A stretch of DNA of 38,971 nt. It comes from Pseudomonadota bacterium. Lineage in GTDB: Bacteria; UBA10199; 2-02-FULL-44-16; JBDRGF01. Below, one piece after another: positions 27,789-37,317 of the stretch. Each line of letters begins with the position of its first letter. The stretch's first letter is position 1. The notes under the pieces were generated by a model. The model did no database searches. It was not told where the DNA came from and worked only from the letters and a program-made list of their open reading frames with translations. The stretch lies in the NCBI GenBank assembly GCA_043818055.1, contig JBDRGF010000031.1, positions 1 through 38,971 of the forward strand. The letters run 5' to 3'. Made by a program: the position numbers and the translations under genes.

Positions 27789-28094
27789 CTCCGCAGGACG
27801 GACTCGAACCGCCGACCCAGTGGTTACACGTGATCCAACTGTTTCCAGTGGCGTGGACTATCTCATCATCCTTGAAGGATGGCGGGCGCTTGTGAGGGAT
27901 TATTGATCGCTTTTCTCACCCTCTAGTCTCTGCACCTTCCAGGTTACATTTTCAAGCTTCGCCTGGCTTGGCTCAGGATTACCATGCTCTCATCGAGGTT
28001 AGGCTTCCCTGAATTCACCCGCTTTTCACCTCGCTGTTGCCAACGAGGGCTGCCTATTGACAGCCACTTGCTCTACCGACTGAGCTACTGCGGA
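27786..28094 (-). tRNA. tRNA-Asn(GUU), intron-containing; exons 28094-28060 and 27826-27786
   Basis: Spliced 76 nt: TCCGCAGTAGCTCAGTCGGTAGAGCAAGTGGCTGT|TAACCACTGGGTCGGCGGTTCGAGTCCGTCCTGCGGAGCCA. Acceptor stem TCCGCAG/CTGCGGA, discriminator G, encoded CCA. Confidence 0.95.
27827..28059 (-). ncRNA. Group I intron (IC3-like), 233 nt, no ORF
   Basis: 5' exon ends in U and intron ends in G; P1 GGCUGU/GCAGCC with U.G wobble; core motifs GAATTCAGGGAAGCC, GGTAATCCTGAGCCAAG, GGTGCAGAGACTA, GATAGTCC (P7 GACUA/UAGUC). Confidence 0.92.
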
Positions 28095-28367
28095 ATATTT
28101 AATTATCAATAAAACTGTCCAAAAATTTACGTCCCTGCCCGTTTTTAAAAGCCTGATAACTTTTGCAAATCCATTGGCAACTTATGTATCGTAAACCAGC
28201 ACTAATAAAGCAGATACACTTATTATATCGTAAAAAATGACTTGCTTCTCTATCACCATAGATTCTCCTTGTAAAGAGGCAAAAAGGGGGTTATTCAACG
28301 TTCTCATATGCTTTGAATTCAATATGTTCACGTGGGTTGTTCTCAGGTCATTTTCTTAAAAAAATAA

Positions 28368-28394
28368 GCAACATTTTCAGGAAATTGCCGATAA
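28368..28394 (+). promoter_or_regulatory. Putative sigma28-like promoter (GCAAC-N15-CCGATAA)
   Basis: GCAACATTTTCAGGAAATTGCCGATAA with a perfect GCCGATAA, about 42 nt upstream of ATG 28437. Confidence 0.72.
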
Positions 28395-28436
28395 GTTGAG
28401 TGATACTCTATAATAATATTAGCATCGGGATAATAC

Positions 28437-31400
28437 ATGCCATATATCATAAGAAATCAATTGGCGAGCGGGCTAAAATTTGCGTTTCAGCCACCCGCCG
28501 GTCAAAGCTCAACGCAAACCTATGCGAAGCCATATTTTATCGACCAGGAGGGTTTGAGAATAGCAAGGGCGCAGCAAAAAGAAATCAATCTGCTTGAAAG
28601 AAATGTCGGCTGGCGTTTCTGGAAGGGATGGGGGAATAAAGATGAATATCAAAAGGGAGATCACTTAAGAATCGAAGGCGAAGAGTATCTCCTCACAGGA
28701 CCGATCGAATCCCTAAGTGAATTCTATTCGCCATTATGCCCTCACACGATAGATGAACGATCCCCGATCGAAAGCTTTTTCAACCAAAAGGGAGAACAAT
28801 ATTTTGCTGCGAATTACTTTGCTGCTGATGTAGCGGAATCTTCAACAGGTGAAGAGGTTGCAATTTTTCGAAACAACGGAGCTTGCATAACGATAGTGCC
28901 GATGATCGAAGGGGCACTTAAACTTAATGGTAGCATTCTCACGAGCCCCCATCCTTTGAATGACCGTAATATTCTGGAGATCGATGAAAGAAAATTTACA
29001 GTATTTTTAAATGCTCATTCAGGCGATTTACCTCTCTGGAGTGCGATGAGGTTGTATAGGAGAGCGGAACAACAGAAGCCAAAAGAACAGAAGCAAGAAG
29101 TCAGAGGCAAGAAGCCAGAGACAACAGGATCGGTTGAAGAGGGACAATTGGGGGCAGAAAAAGCGCCGGCGGTGGCTCCGGCAACAGATGAGACAGAAGC
29201 CGGAGGCAAGAAGCCAGAGGCAAGAAGTCAGAGGTCAGAAGAGGGACAAGGGATAAGTGGCCAGGGGCCAGAAAAAGCTGTAACACTCAAACATAAAAGA
29301 AGAAAAAAAGGGGGATTGCCCTATAAATATGTATGCACGCAGCAAAAATTAAAAACAAGGTCTGTTGTAAAGCCGCTTTTACAGGCTAAACCAGCCGTTG
29401 AAGAGTTTGTGCCTGTTATTCCAGTTGAAGAACTTGAACCTGTTGCTCCAGATGAAATACCCGGGCTTGTTTTAGGAGGGGGATCAGTTGTTGTAGATTT
29501 GAAACGATTAACTGAAAAAGATATTCCTGCTGTATCTGCCGATACAGCTCCCGGACTAGCAGTTCCAGCGGAAATTGCAGATGGAACTTTTGGTGTTTTG
29601 GAAAGGTTGGCAGAAGAAGCACAAAAGATGACGACGCCCTTTTTGTCTCCGATTGAACCTCCTGTTGTACAGCTTGAACCAGTTGAACCGCTTAAACCTG
29701 TTTCAAAAGACACAGGGGAAATAGTTGCAGCTACCGATGCTCTTTTAGAAGGGCCGCAGGAAAAAGATGCATTTCCTCCAGGTACAGCTCAAATGCAGCC
29801 AGATGAAATAGCGGTGGCACTTGATGAGTTGTCTGAAATAGCTGAAACACAATCGACTGGCGCTGATGCCTCCGGCTCTCAAGATCAAAGGGGACAGGAA
29901 CCACTCCCCGTTGCAGATGAGGTTTTACCTGTCGAAGAATCAACAGAAGATGTGGTTGTTCCTCCGTCACTTACTCCACTCGACCAAGGTGAAGCAGATG
30001 CTCAAACAGCTTGGGAATTGAGAGAAGAAGAACTTCCATTTACATTTAATGAAGATCCTGCCGAACTTCTTCCAGCAGGTGATGGATTAGTTTTAACTGT
30101 TAATGTTGACGGTTATTTGCCTCTTGTTGAAGATCCAAATGTTATACCCGCTTCTGATAAACAATCAACTACAACATTCGATTCTTTTAGCCTTGATGGT
30201 ACATCGTTGCCAGAAGAAGAACCGCTTTCTCCGGACGGGCAATTGCAAGAACTTCCTAGTCCAGAGGAATCACTCTCTAAAAGTCCGAGCTCGCCCGCCT
30301 CTGATAGGACAAATCCAGAGCTGCTTGGTGCGCTAGATAGACATATTCAATCTTTACCACAATCATCCGATGGTCCGACGGTCCAACGTCCGATTGTAAT
30401 TTCAAATGATCGCGCTGCACCTCCGGCATGTCCGGTGCATGTGGCGGATGAGTCGGTAGCGGCCGTCTATCCAAAGATTTTCAAAGATAAAGTGTATTAT
30501 GAGATTGTGGGAGGAGGGGGTATTATTCCGGGTCCCAAATTACAGGAATTCGGAAATAGAGTAGTGGGGGTAATGGAGGTTCATTATTTTCCATCAGGTC
30601 TGGAGGCGCGTGAGCAGAGAAGGTTCGTTGGTCTATTGCCGATGAGGTTGGATGGTGACTCCCGTGAGATTGTCATAGGTCGTGAGGAAATTATTACAGT
30701 CGATACACCAGCCCTTTCGCGCAAGGGCAGAATTGGCATATCCCAGCTTGGTGCTTCGAGCAACCATGTTAAGCTTATTTTTAATGAAGGTCGTGTAATG
30801 GTGGAGGATATGCAATCTACCAACGGAACGATTATTCGAAATGTTGATTCGAATCAAAAAGCTTCTGTTCAGGTTTTAGGTTTGACTAGTGGAGTATATG
30901 AAAATGAGATTTTGGATGGCAGCTCTATTTTTTTGAAGGGGACGAATGTTGTTTTGCATGTGCGGCTCATTCCGGAAGAAGTATGGAATTTTCAAGAAAG
31001 CGGATCTGCCATTCCTTTGGACGAACAGACAAAACGATATCCTGTTAACAGCAATGTTCCCGAGAAGCCGGTGTTTGAAGTGAGTTCCGGCGAAATAGAT
31101 GCTTTTATGGAACAAGAGGAGGGATCAAAGTCGACTGCTCCGGTTTCTTCGAGTGCAAAAACCAGTGTGGTTGAAGCCGCTGTTCAATTACAAGACCTCA
31201 AAAAATTTATTCCTCAAGATTCTTCAAAGGGACCTGTGCTCTCGTTTACGCCACCTGTTGGAGAGGGTGTTCAATTAGGAGGTGCCTCTACGAGAATCGA
31301 TCCAAAAACTGAGACGACGGATTTGTCGGCTATTCCAGAGCTGGAGCCTGCAGATTCCGTTCCAATAAAAACCAGAGAGGAAAAACTTGCGACATTCTTG

Positions 31401-32699
31401 CGTCGGACTCGATCTAATGAACTTGCATCTCATGGATTGATCTCTGGAGATAATTCACCCTTCGAAAGGGATGAGAATGGGAGAGTTAGACCGATTCGAG
31501 GAAAGAATCCTAAGGAAATCATAGCAGGCTACCTACAGGTTTCTAAAGGGGGAAGTGCGATTGGATGGTTGCCGGTTATTTTGTCTGAAGATGGATCGAA
31601 AGTGCTTTTTGGCAGGAAATTTGCCGGCAAGGGTAAGGACGCCTCATTGAAAATTGGTGAAAAATTCTCAGTTTATTCTGCCAAAAACTCTGTCGCCTTT
31701 GCGGGTGACATGGCCATATCCGGTAAACATTTCAGTCTCAATTTTGACGGAGAAAATACAACGATTGTCGATGAAGGCTCAACAAACGGAACTTTTGTCA
31801 ATGGTAAGAAAATTGAGCCGAATCAATCGGTCGGTTTGGAGAACAATGATGTAGTTTTAATTGCTGAGGATTTAAGCTTTGTTTTTACGGCAGTCTCCCC
31901 AAAATATCGCCGATCGATGGTGGATGAAGCAGAAACCGGCAGATCGATTAGTCAAACCCCCGCCCCAGCACAAGCACTCTCTCGCGGACAAATTTTGACG
32001 AAGACAGGAAATGTCGGTGTCATAATAAATGGATCAGAATATATGCCGGGGGTGAGGGTTTATAAAGAGGGTGATAAATTCATATTGGAGTTGCCAGGAT
32101 CATGTACTGGTTTGAATGATTTTGGAAAGAAAAATTTAACAATAGGGTGTAATGAAGGTTATTGTATTCAGATAGCTGGCATATCACAACCGGAAGAATT
32201 AAATGGGCTGCTGGCGACAATTGCTTTGAAAAAAAATGGTAAGCCACCCTTTTTGCAAATCATCTCAAAGAACAGGGGGGTCACTCTTGATACAAAGAGC
32301 CCGTCGGCTTGGATGAAGCTTAAGAATAATCAGGTATTAAGCTTTGATGGCCATATGGAATTGACAATACGACTTGTCAAAGGCGTTCCTTCTCAAGATG
32401 ATGGAAATGATCCGAAAATGCCATCCACTTATCTTATGGATGTGGAGACAAAGGAAAAACTGCCCCTGGTTTTTAGAAAAAATGGAGTGACCATAGGGAG
32501 AGTGGCAAAGATCGATTCAGGGACACTCTTTTTAGATGTAGAAGATAGAGTTTTAATCAGGAGAAAAGAAGGAACCTTTACAGTTAAAATAAATAAACTG
32601 ACACCTCAATTATTAGATTTTCGTCAAACCTTAAGGATTGGAGAAAGAAGTTATAGGTTTATGAGTACGGGAAAAGACGAGGTGTCTGATTTTTCCTAA
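28437..32699 (+). CDS. Large multi-FHA-domain protein with long acidic/Pro-rich disordered linker
   Basis: Two canonical FHA domains (IGR...SSNH...DMQSTNGT; FGR...ISGKH...DEGSTNGTFVNG), further degenerate FHA-like beta regions, and a roughly 450-aa E/P/D-rich linker. Confidence 0.85.
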   Translation: MPYIIRNQLASGLKFAFQPPAGQSSTQTYAKPYFIDQEGLRIARAQQKEINLLERNVGWRFWKGWGNKDEYQKGDHLRIEGEEYLLTGPIESLSEFYSPLCPHTIDERSPIESFFNQKGEQYFAANYFAADVAESSTGEEVAIFRNNGACITIVPMIEGALKLNGSILTSPHPLNDRNILEIDERKFTVFLNAHSGDLPLWSAMRLYRRAEQQKPKEQKQEVRGKKPETTGSVEEGQLGAEKAPAVAPATDETEAGGKKPEARSQRSEEGQGISGQGPEKAVTLKHKRRKKGGLPYKYVCTQQKLKTRSVVKPLLQAKPAVEEFVPVIPVEELEPVAPDEIPGLVLGGGSVVVDLKRLTEKDIPAVSADTAPGLAVPAEIADGTFGVLERLAEEAQKMTTPFLSPIEPPVVQLEPVEPLKPVSKDTGEIVAATDALLEGPQEKDAFPPGTAQMQPDEIAVALDELSEIAETQSTGADASGSQDQRGQEPLPVADEVLPVEESTEDVVVPPSLTPLDQGEADAQTAWELREEELPFTFNEDPAELLPAGDGLVLTVNVDGYLPLVEDPNVIPASDKQSTTTFDSFSLDGTSLPEEEPLSPDGQLQELPSPEESLSKSPSSPASDRTNPELLGALDRHIQSLPQSSDGPTVQRPIVISNDRAAPPACPVHVADESVAAVYPKIFKDKVYYEIVGGGGIIPGPKLQEFGNRVVGVMEVHYFPSGLEAREQRRFVGLLPMRLDGDSREIVIGREEIITVDTPALSRKGRIGISQLGASSNHVKLIFNEGRVMVEDMQSTNGTIIRNVDSNQKASVQVLGLTSGVYENEILDGSSIFLKGTNVVLHVRLIPEEVWNFQESGSAIPLDEQTKRYPVNSNVPEKPVFEVSSGEIDAFMEQEEGSKSTAPVSSSAKTSVVEAAVQLQDLKKFIPQDSSKGPVLSFTPPVGEGVQLGGASTRIDPKTETTDLSAIPELEPADSVPIKTREEKLATFLRRTRSNELASHGLISGDNSPFERDENGRVRPIRGKNPKEIIAGYLQVSKGGSAIGWLPVILSEDGSKVLFGRKFAGKGKDASLKIGEKFSVYSAKNSVAFAGDMAISGKHFSLNFDGENTTIVDEGSTNGTFVNGKKIEPNQSVGLENNDVVLIAEDLSFVFTAVSPKYRRSMVDEAETGRSISQTPAPAQALSRGQILTKTGNVGVIINGSEYMPGVRVYKEGDKFILELPGSCTGLNDFGKKNLTIGCNEGYCIQIAGISQPEELNGLLATIALKKNGKPPFLQIISKNRGVTLDTKSPSAWMKLKNNQVLSFDGHMELTIRLVKGVPSQDDGNDPKMPSTYLMDVETKEKLPLVFRKNGVTIGRVAKIDSGTLFLDVEDRVLIRRKEGTFTVKINKLTPQLLDFRQTLRIGERSYRFMSTGKDEVSDFS

Positions 32700-32704
32700 A
32701 AAGA

Positions 32705-32733
32705 GCAACATTTTTACGATATTAACCGATAAT
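32705..32733 (+). promoter_or_regulatory. Putative sigma28-like promoter (GCAAC-N16-CCGATAAT)
   Basis: GCAACATTTTTACGATATTAACCGATAAT in the 63-nt gap between the two large FHA genes. Confidence 0.72.
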
Positions 32734-32762
32734 AATGTAACAACAGAGATTTGGAGGAAGTT

Positions 32763-35700
32763 ATGGTTGTAAAATTAATAAGGCCGGGCGGGGGTTTTGC
32801 GAATCCTTTTTTGAACAAGCAGATGGGTGCCGGAATCTCATCGCCCACAGCTGGTGACCAGTCTGTTTTTTCCCAACATCAGGGTAAGAACTATTTGGTA
32901 TATACTCAGGGTGATTATGAAAATTCGATACTCTATGGTAATAATAAGAGTGCCGCTACTTTTTCCCCCTCGGGAAAAGACCGCCTCAGCATTCAATATA
33001 ATAGCCTTGTAGAAATAAAAGGGGCTGCAAGGGCTCAAAACGAAGATGAATATCAAATTTCAAAGCTCCGTTTCGGTGACACGCTCAAAATCTCCGGCGA
33101 GGAGTTTATGCTGGTCGATGGCGATCGCTTCGGCGAGAGAAAACTGGAAGTTCCGCCATTTCAATCACTTTATGAAGATTTGCGACAAGTGGATGTAAAA
33201 ATTTTCTCCCTCACGCAATCAGCCGAAGGTAATTTAGAGATCGATGGTACAGGGAGTGAGAAGGGTTCGATCAGTTACAAAAAATCGTGGTTGCCGCTTA
33301 GCTGGAATTTACGTGCGCCTGATTGGAAATTTAGCACTGCTGGCTTTGCGTTTGGAGCTTTTCTCATCTGTTGTACGGATTTCGATATTCCGCTTACTTA
33401 TTTCGTCCCTTGGGCTGTAAGATCAGCTCTCAGGGTGTTTTCTGGTTTTCACTTTACCCCGAAAAAACCCAGGGTTGAGCTTTCTGATAAAAAATATAGA
33501 ACTCTTCCATCATTAGAAGGTAGCCGCGAGTTTTCGACGCCGCTTTATGCACAATGCAACTCTAAACTCTGGCAGGCGCCAATTGACAGGAAGAAGATGG
33601 AGATTTATGGCGCAGGTGTTGAGAGAACACCAACATTTGATGGCGAACAGGTCGCAAGGCTTGTGGTGGAGAGGCCAAATCTAAAGAGGTTCGGTTTGGG
33701 GCTATTAAATATTGTATCATGGCCTCTCAGATTTCCGTTCGGTATTCAGAGGATGAGAAAGTGGGATGTCAGACTCTATCCTAATAGTGAAGGTGCTGTG
33801 AGTGTGATGCGAGGAAATGAGACTTTTGATGTTGAAGAGAAAGGAATTGTTCTTCGAGATAGAGACTTGGTTAGTATCAACGGGAAGAAATTCGTAGTTG
33901 ATTTTAAAAAATGGAATCACAAACTGCCCCCTTGGTCGGAGGTGAGGGTTTTGAAAGAGAAGTCAGAGGTAAGAAGCCAGATGTCAGAAACACCAGCACC
34001 CGCAGCTGAGACAGCGCCTGCAACAACGACACCGCCACCAGAAACAGAGCCGGCGGATTCGTCAACATTGACATCCCCACCGCTGCCGACAGGAGGTTCA
34101 GGATTAGCAGAATCAACGTCAACAACACCAATGGCTCCAGGGACAAGTAGCCAGGGTCCAGGGGGAGAGCCTCCTGCAACTGAAACAGCGCCTTCAACAA
34201 CAACACCTCCGTCAACTTTGGTACCCCCGCCACAGCCAGTAGAAGATACTGATCCGGAATTTGAGATACCTATGGGCTTTGCTGTGGATGAAGCAATATC
34301 AGCTGCCTTGAGTGGAATTAATCTACCTCCCCCTCAGGAAGAATCATCTGCATCATCTGCAGGATTAGAGCCGATGAAACCTGAAGAAAAGAAAAAAACA
34401 GGCGAATCTTTTGCTATAGACGGAGCACCACAACCGGCATCTGAAGCTGGCGCAGGAGAAGGTCAAAGTGGAGATGAAAGTGGACAAAGGCAGGAACGAG
34501 ATAACATTTCTGAACCTGCTAAATTTGGAGAAAAACCAACTAATGAGAAAGAGGATGCCGAATTTTGGAGAATGCATGATGAACTAGCTCAAAAAGAGGT
34601 AGCATTAAAAGGCTTGCAACAAGCTTCCCCTGAGACGAGTGTGGATGAAGAGTTGCAACTAGGTACCTCCGACCGCATTCCGGCGGCAAAAGGCACGTCA
34701 GGTGGGTTTAAAGCTGCAATACAACAAGGAATGAAATATAAAGAATCTGAGGGTGGTGCAGCATCAAATATCCTGAGAGATTTAGGTTTACTGAGCGAGG
34801 AATTTGCTGTTAGTAACGTTTCAGAAAACGATAGAGAGGGTAGTGGTAGTGGGCTTGATAAAGTGGATGAATTTTTAGGTAGACCAGAAACACCGAAAAA
34901 TACGAATGATGCTGACCCTGTAGAGAGCCTCATAGGTCAACATAAAGCTGCACAAAATCTTATGACCGGCAGTGATAATCGCCCAGTTGTTGGGACTCTA
35001 GAATTGAATGTTGATGATGTGGTGGAAGATGAAGCTTTACCTTCCATGTCCCATGCGACTGAAGATATAGATGTCTCGGAATTGCTTGCACAGATCACCG
35101 GAGATTTTGCTGCGGTGAGGCTCATCACGCCTGTAAAGAGCAAACAACTTTTTAGCAAGGGAGTAGATGAAAAAAACAATCCGGATTATAATGCAATAGG
35201 TTTAAGACCGGGTGAGATTGTGCAAACCGTCTTTGAAGTCTATTTAAAGCTGCAAGATGGTCGAGTCACACGTTTGGGCAGTTTTCCCGTAATCACTCCT
35301 GCAACAGAAGATGATGTTGCGATCTCCGTGGGCAGTTTTGGGGATCCCGGAAGAGACCCTGTCCTGTTCAATGGAAGCGAAATTAAACTGATCGAACCAA
35401 ATCTTCCACATAACTATGCACAACTGACATTCAATAAGAGAGGTAGCGTATGGATAAGCAAGCTTTCCGGTAAAGAGGTAAAGGTGATACGAAGCGGTGG
35501 AGTCGAAGAACAGGCCTATGAAATAGGCGCCCAGCAAAACATCGTGCTGGCTGACAATAATCAATTGGAATTCGGTCGATATATATTCCGCTATCACCAC
35601 ATAAGCCCCGAACACCGCTTGCACCCGGATGATCAGGCGGCAGCGGCAGTATCGGCAGTAAACGCTTCATCAAATCAGCAAAAAAAAAAGGTAAACCCCA

Positions 35701-36503
35701 CAGGGATAGAGATTGATTATATGAATCTAGAGCATTCACCGGATATATATCATGAACATTATAAGGGAATAAGCTGGCCTGTTCTTGTGATTAAAAATGA
35801 TTCTAAATCTACAAATTGGAATAATCCTATAACTGTGGGTACGGAAGACTCAAATTGTACGGTCAGGCTGTTAGGTGTTTATAAAAGGGATGTGGGGAAT
35901 GACGTATTGTTTCAAATAGCTTCACCGATGGATTCATATAATCCTATTCGCAGTTTTGCAATAAAGTTTAATTCAGGTTCGATCGAGAACAGATTCAATG
36001 GAGCAAAAATAGGTGATAATGAATATAAGGGGCTAGGAGACAAAAATATAATCATGATAGGTGGGTATAAGATAAATATTACGTTTATAGAGAGAGGAAC
36101 CTCTGCCACTACAGATCTTCAGGCTGTTTTTAATGGAGTAAACCAAACTCCACCACCGATGAGTTATCTGATGGATGTCGAAACTGAAAAGAGACATCCG
36201 GTTTTCATGGGGAAAAAGGGGTTGGGGTTTGTAGTCGGTTCAATGCCGGATTCTCGTGGTGGGCACTGGGCGTTGACTCTGAATCATGCCGGAGTTTATC
36301 CAAAGCACTTGAAGATCACATGGGATGCTATCAATGAGAAGTTTTCAAAACAATATGCATATGATCAAAATGGAGTAGAAACCTGGACTGACAAGGTTGA
36401 TTTGAGTCACGATGAAGAGATTGACATAGCGGGCAGGAAATATAGATTTGAAATTGATGACACCCAGCTCAGTTCACCGGAAGATGCAATTAACGACTTT
36501 TGA
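32763..36503 (+). CDS. Large paralogous protein with degenerate FHA-like domains and P/T/E-rich linker
   Basis: Shares DEYQ..GD.L.I.GEE..L, LP.WS and YLMDVET segments with the upstream ORF; FHA-like ends such as LADNNQLEFGRYIFRY and LSHDEEIDIAGRKYRF; RBS GGAGG before ATG 32763. Confidence 0.75.
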   Translation: MVVKLIRPGGGFANPFLNKQMGAGISSPTAGDQSVFSQHQGKNYLVYTQGDYENSILYGNNKSAATFSPSGKDRLSIQYNSLVEIKGAARAQNEDEYQISKLRFGDTLKISGEEFMLVDGDRFGERKLEVPPFQSLYEDLRQVDVKIFSLTQSAEGNLEIDGTGSEKGSISYKKSWLPLSWNLRAPDWKFSTAGFAFGAFLICCTDFDIPLTYFVPWAVRSALRVFSGFHFTPKKPRVELSDKKYRTLPSLEGSREFSTPLYAQCNSKLWQAPIDRKKMEIYGAGVERTPTFDGEQVARLVVERPNLKRFGLGLLNIVSWPLRFPFGIQRMRKWDVRLYPNSEGAVSVMRGNETFDVEEKGIVLRDRDLVSINGKKFVVDFKKWNHKLPPWSEVRVLKEKSEVRSQMSETPAPAAETAPATTTPPPETEPADSSTLTSPPLPTGGSGLAESTSTTPMAPGTSSQGPGGEPPATETAPSTTTPPSTLVPPPQPVEDTDPEFEIPMGFAVDEAISAALSGINLPPPQEESSASSAGLEPMKPEEKKKTGESFAIDGAPQPASEAGAGEGQSGDESGQRQERDNISEPAKFGEKPTNEKEDAEFWRMHDELAQKEVALKGLQQASPETSVDEELQLGTSDRIPAAKGTSGGFKAAIQQGMKYKESEGGAASNILRDLGLLSEEFAVSNVSENDREGSGSGLDKVDEFLGRPETPKNTNDADPVESLIGQHKAAQNLMTGSDNRPVVGTLELNVDDVVEDEALPSMSHATEDIDVSELLAQITGDFAAVRLITPVKSKQLFSKGVDEKNNPDYNAIGLRPGEIVQTVFEVYLKLQDGRVTRLGSFPVITPATEDDVAISVGSFGDPGRDPVLFNGSEIKLIEPNLPHNYAQLTFNKRGSVWISKLSGKEVKVIRSGGVEEQAYEIGAQQNIVLADNNQLEFGRYIFRYHHISPEHRLHPDDQAAAAVSAVNASSNQQKKKVNPTGIEIDYMNLEHSPDIYHEHYKGISWPVLVIKNDSKSTNWNNPITVGTEDSNCTVRLLGVYKRDVGNDVLFQIASPMDSYNPIRSFAIKFNSGSIENRFNGAKIGDNEYKGLGDKNIIMIGGYKINITFIERGTSATTDLQAVFNGVNQTPPPMSYLMDVETEKRHPVFMGKKGLGFVVGSMPDSRGGHWALTLNHAGVYPKHLKITWDAINEKFSKQYAYDQNGVETWTDKVDLSHDEEIDIAGRKYRFEIDDTQLSSPEDAINDF

Positions 36504-36529
36504 TCTTATATCGGAGAATCTTTATTTCT

Positions 36530-37282
36530 ATGGCCAAAGATAATAACTTAAAAGACCTCTTCTCCCCCGATGATTATCTCTATTTCTATAGCGATCTTTT
36601 GAATGAGAAGCGCTCTGAAAAGGAGGTCGGCTTTCTCGTTGATAAATTAAGACTCAAGGCACCGATGAAGCTTCTCGATCTCCCTTGTGGATTCGGCCGA
36701 CACTCAAATCGCCTGGCAAAGCTTGGGCTCGATGTGACGGGGGTGGATGTCACGGAGGGGTTTTTAAAGATCGCTAAAACAAAAGCCGCCTCTCTCGGAG
36801 TTGAAGTGAAATATCTCAAAGGGGATATGCGAAAGGTGAAATTCAAAAGGGAGTTCGACAGGGCGATCATGATCTTCACCGCCTTCGGATATTTTGATGA
36901 CAAGGATAATTTCAGGGTGCTCAAAAATATCCATCGCGCCCTCAAGGATGATGGCATCTTCTGCTTCGATACGGTCAATAAGGATGTCTTTTCAAAACAA
37001 TATCTTCCCTTCGTCGTGAATGATAAGGATGGCGATCTGATGATCGATCGGAATCATTACGACGAAAAGAAAAGCAGGATATACAACGAGAGAATCATAG
37101 TGCGGGATGGCGTAAGGCGGGACGTTGATTATTTCCTGCGATTGTATAACCCGAATGAAATCAGAACCCTTCTCAAGAAGGCTCATTTTTCAAATGTCGC
37201 GATCTATGCCGATTGGGATGGAGCCCCTTTTACAGATGAAGATATGAGGATGATCATCGTGGCTCATAAAAGCAGCATGTAG
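36530..37282 (+). CDS. Class I SAM-dependent methyltransferase
   Basis: LLDLPCGFGRH, VTGVD, GDMR, FTAFGYF, LKDDGIF motifs. Confidence 0.92.
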   Translation: MAKDNNLKDLFSPDDYLYFYSDLLNEKRSEKEVGFLVDKLRLKAPMKLLDLPCGFGRHSNRLAKLGLDVTGVDVTEGFLKIAKTKAASLGVEVKYLKGDMRKVKFKREFDRAIMIFTAFGYFDDKDNFRVLKNIHRALKDDGIFCFDTVNKDVFSKQYLPFVVNDKDGDLMIDRNHYDEKKSRIYNERIIVRDGVRRDVDYFLRLYNPNEIRTLLKKAHFSNVAIYADWDGAPFTDEDMRMIIVAHKSSM

Positions 37283-37304
37283 CATGTGGCATGTAGTATG
37301 TGGT
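37268..37304 (+). repeat. GCATGTA/GCATGTG heptamer repeat overlapping methyltransferase stop
   Basis: 37268-37289 is identical over 22 nt to 2304-2325. Confidence 0.75.
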
Positions 37305-37317
37305 GGAAAACAAAAAT

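Noticed and set aside
27628..27906. 92-aa plus-strand ORF
   Set aside because: Antisense to the tRNA 3' exon, intron and palindromes; no protein features. The intron is too short to encode a homing endonuclease.
34000..34230. Duplicated segment GAGACAGCGCCTGCAACAACGACACCGCC / GAAACAGCGCCTTCAACAACACCTCC as a possible DGR template/variable repeat
   Set aside because: Short in-frame peptide duplication (ETAP.TTTPP) with differences not confined to adenines; no reverse transcriptase in the window.
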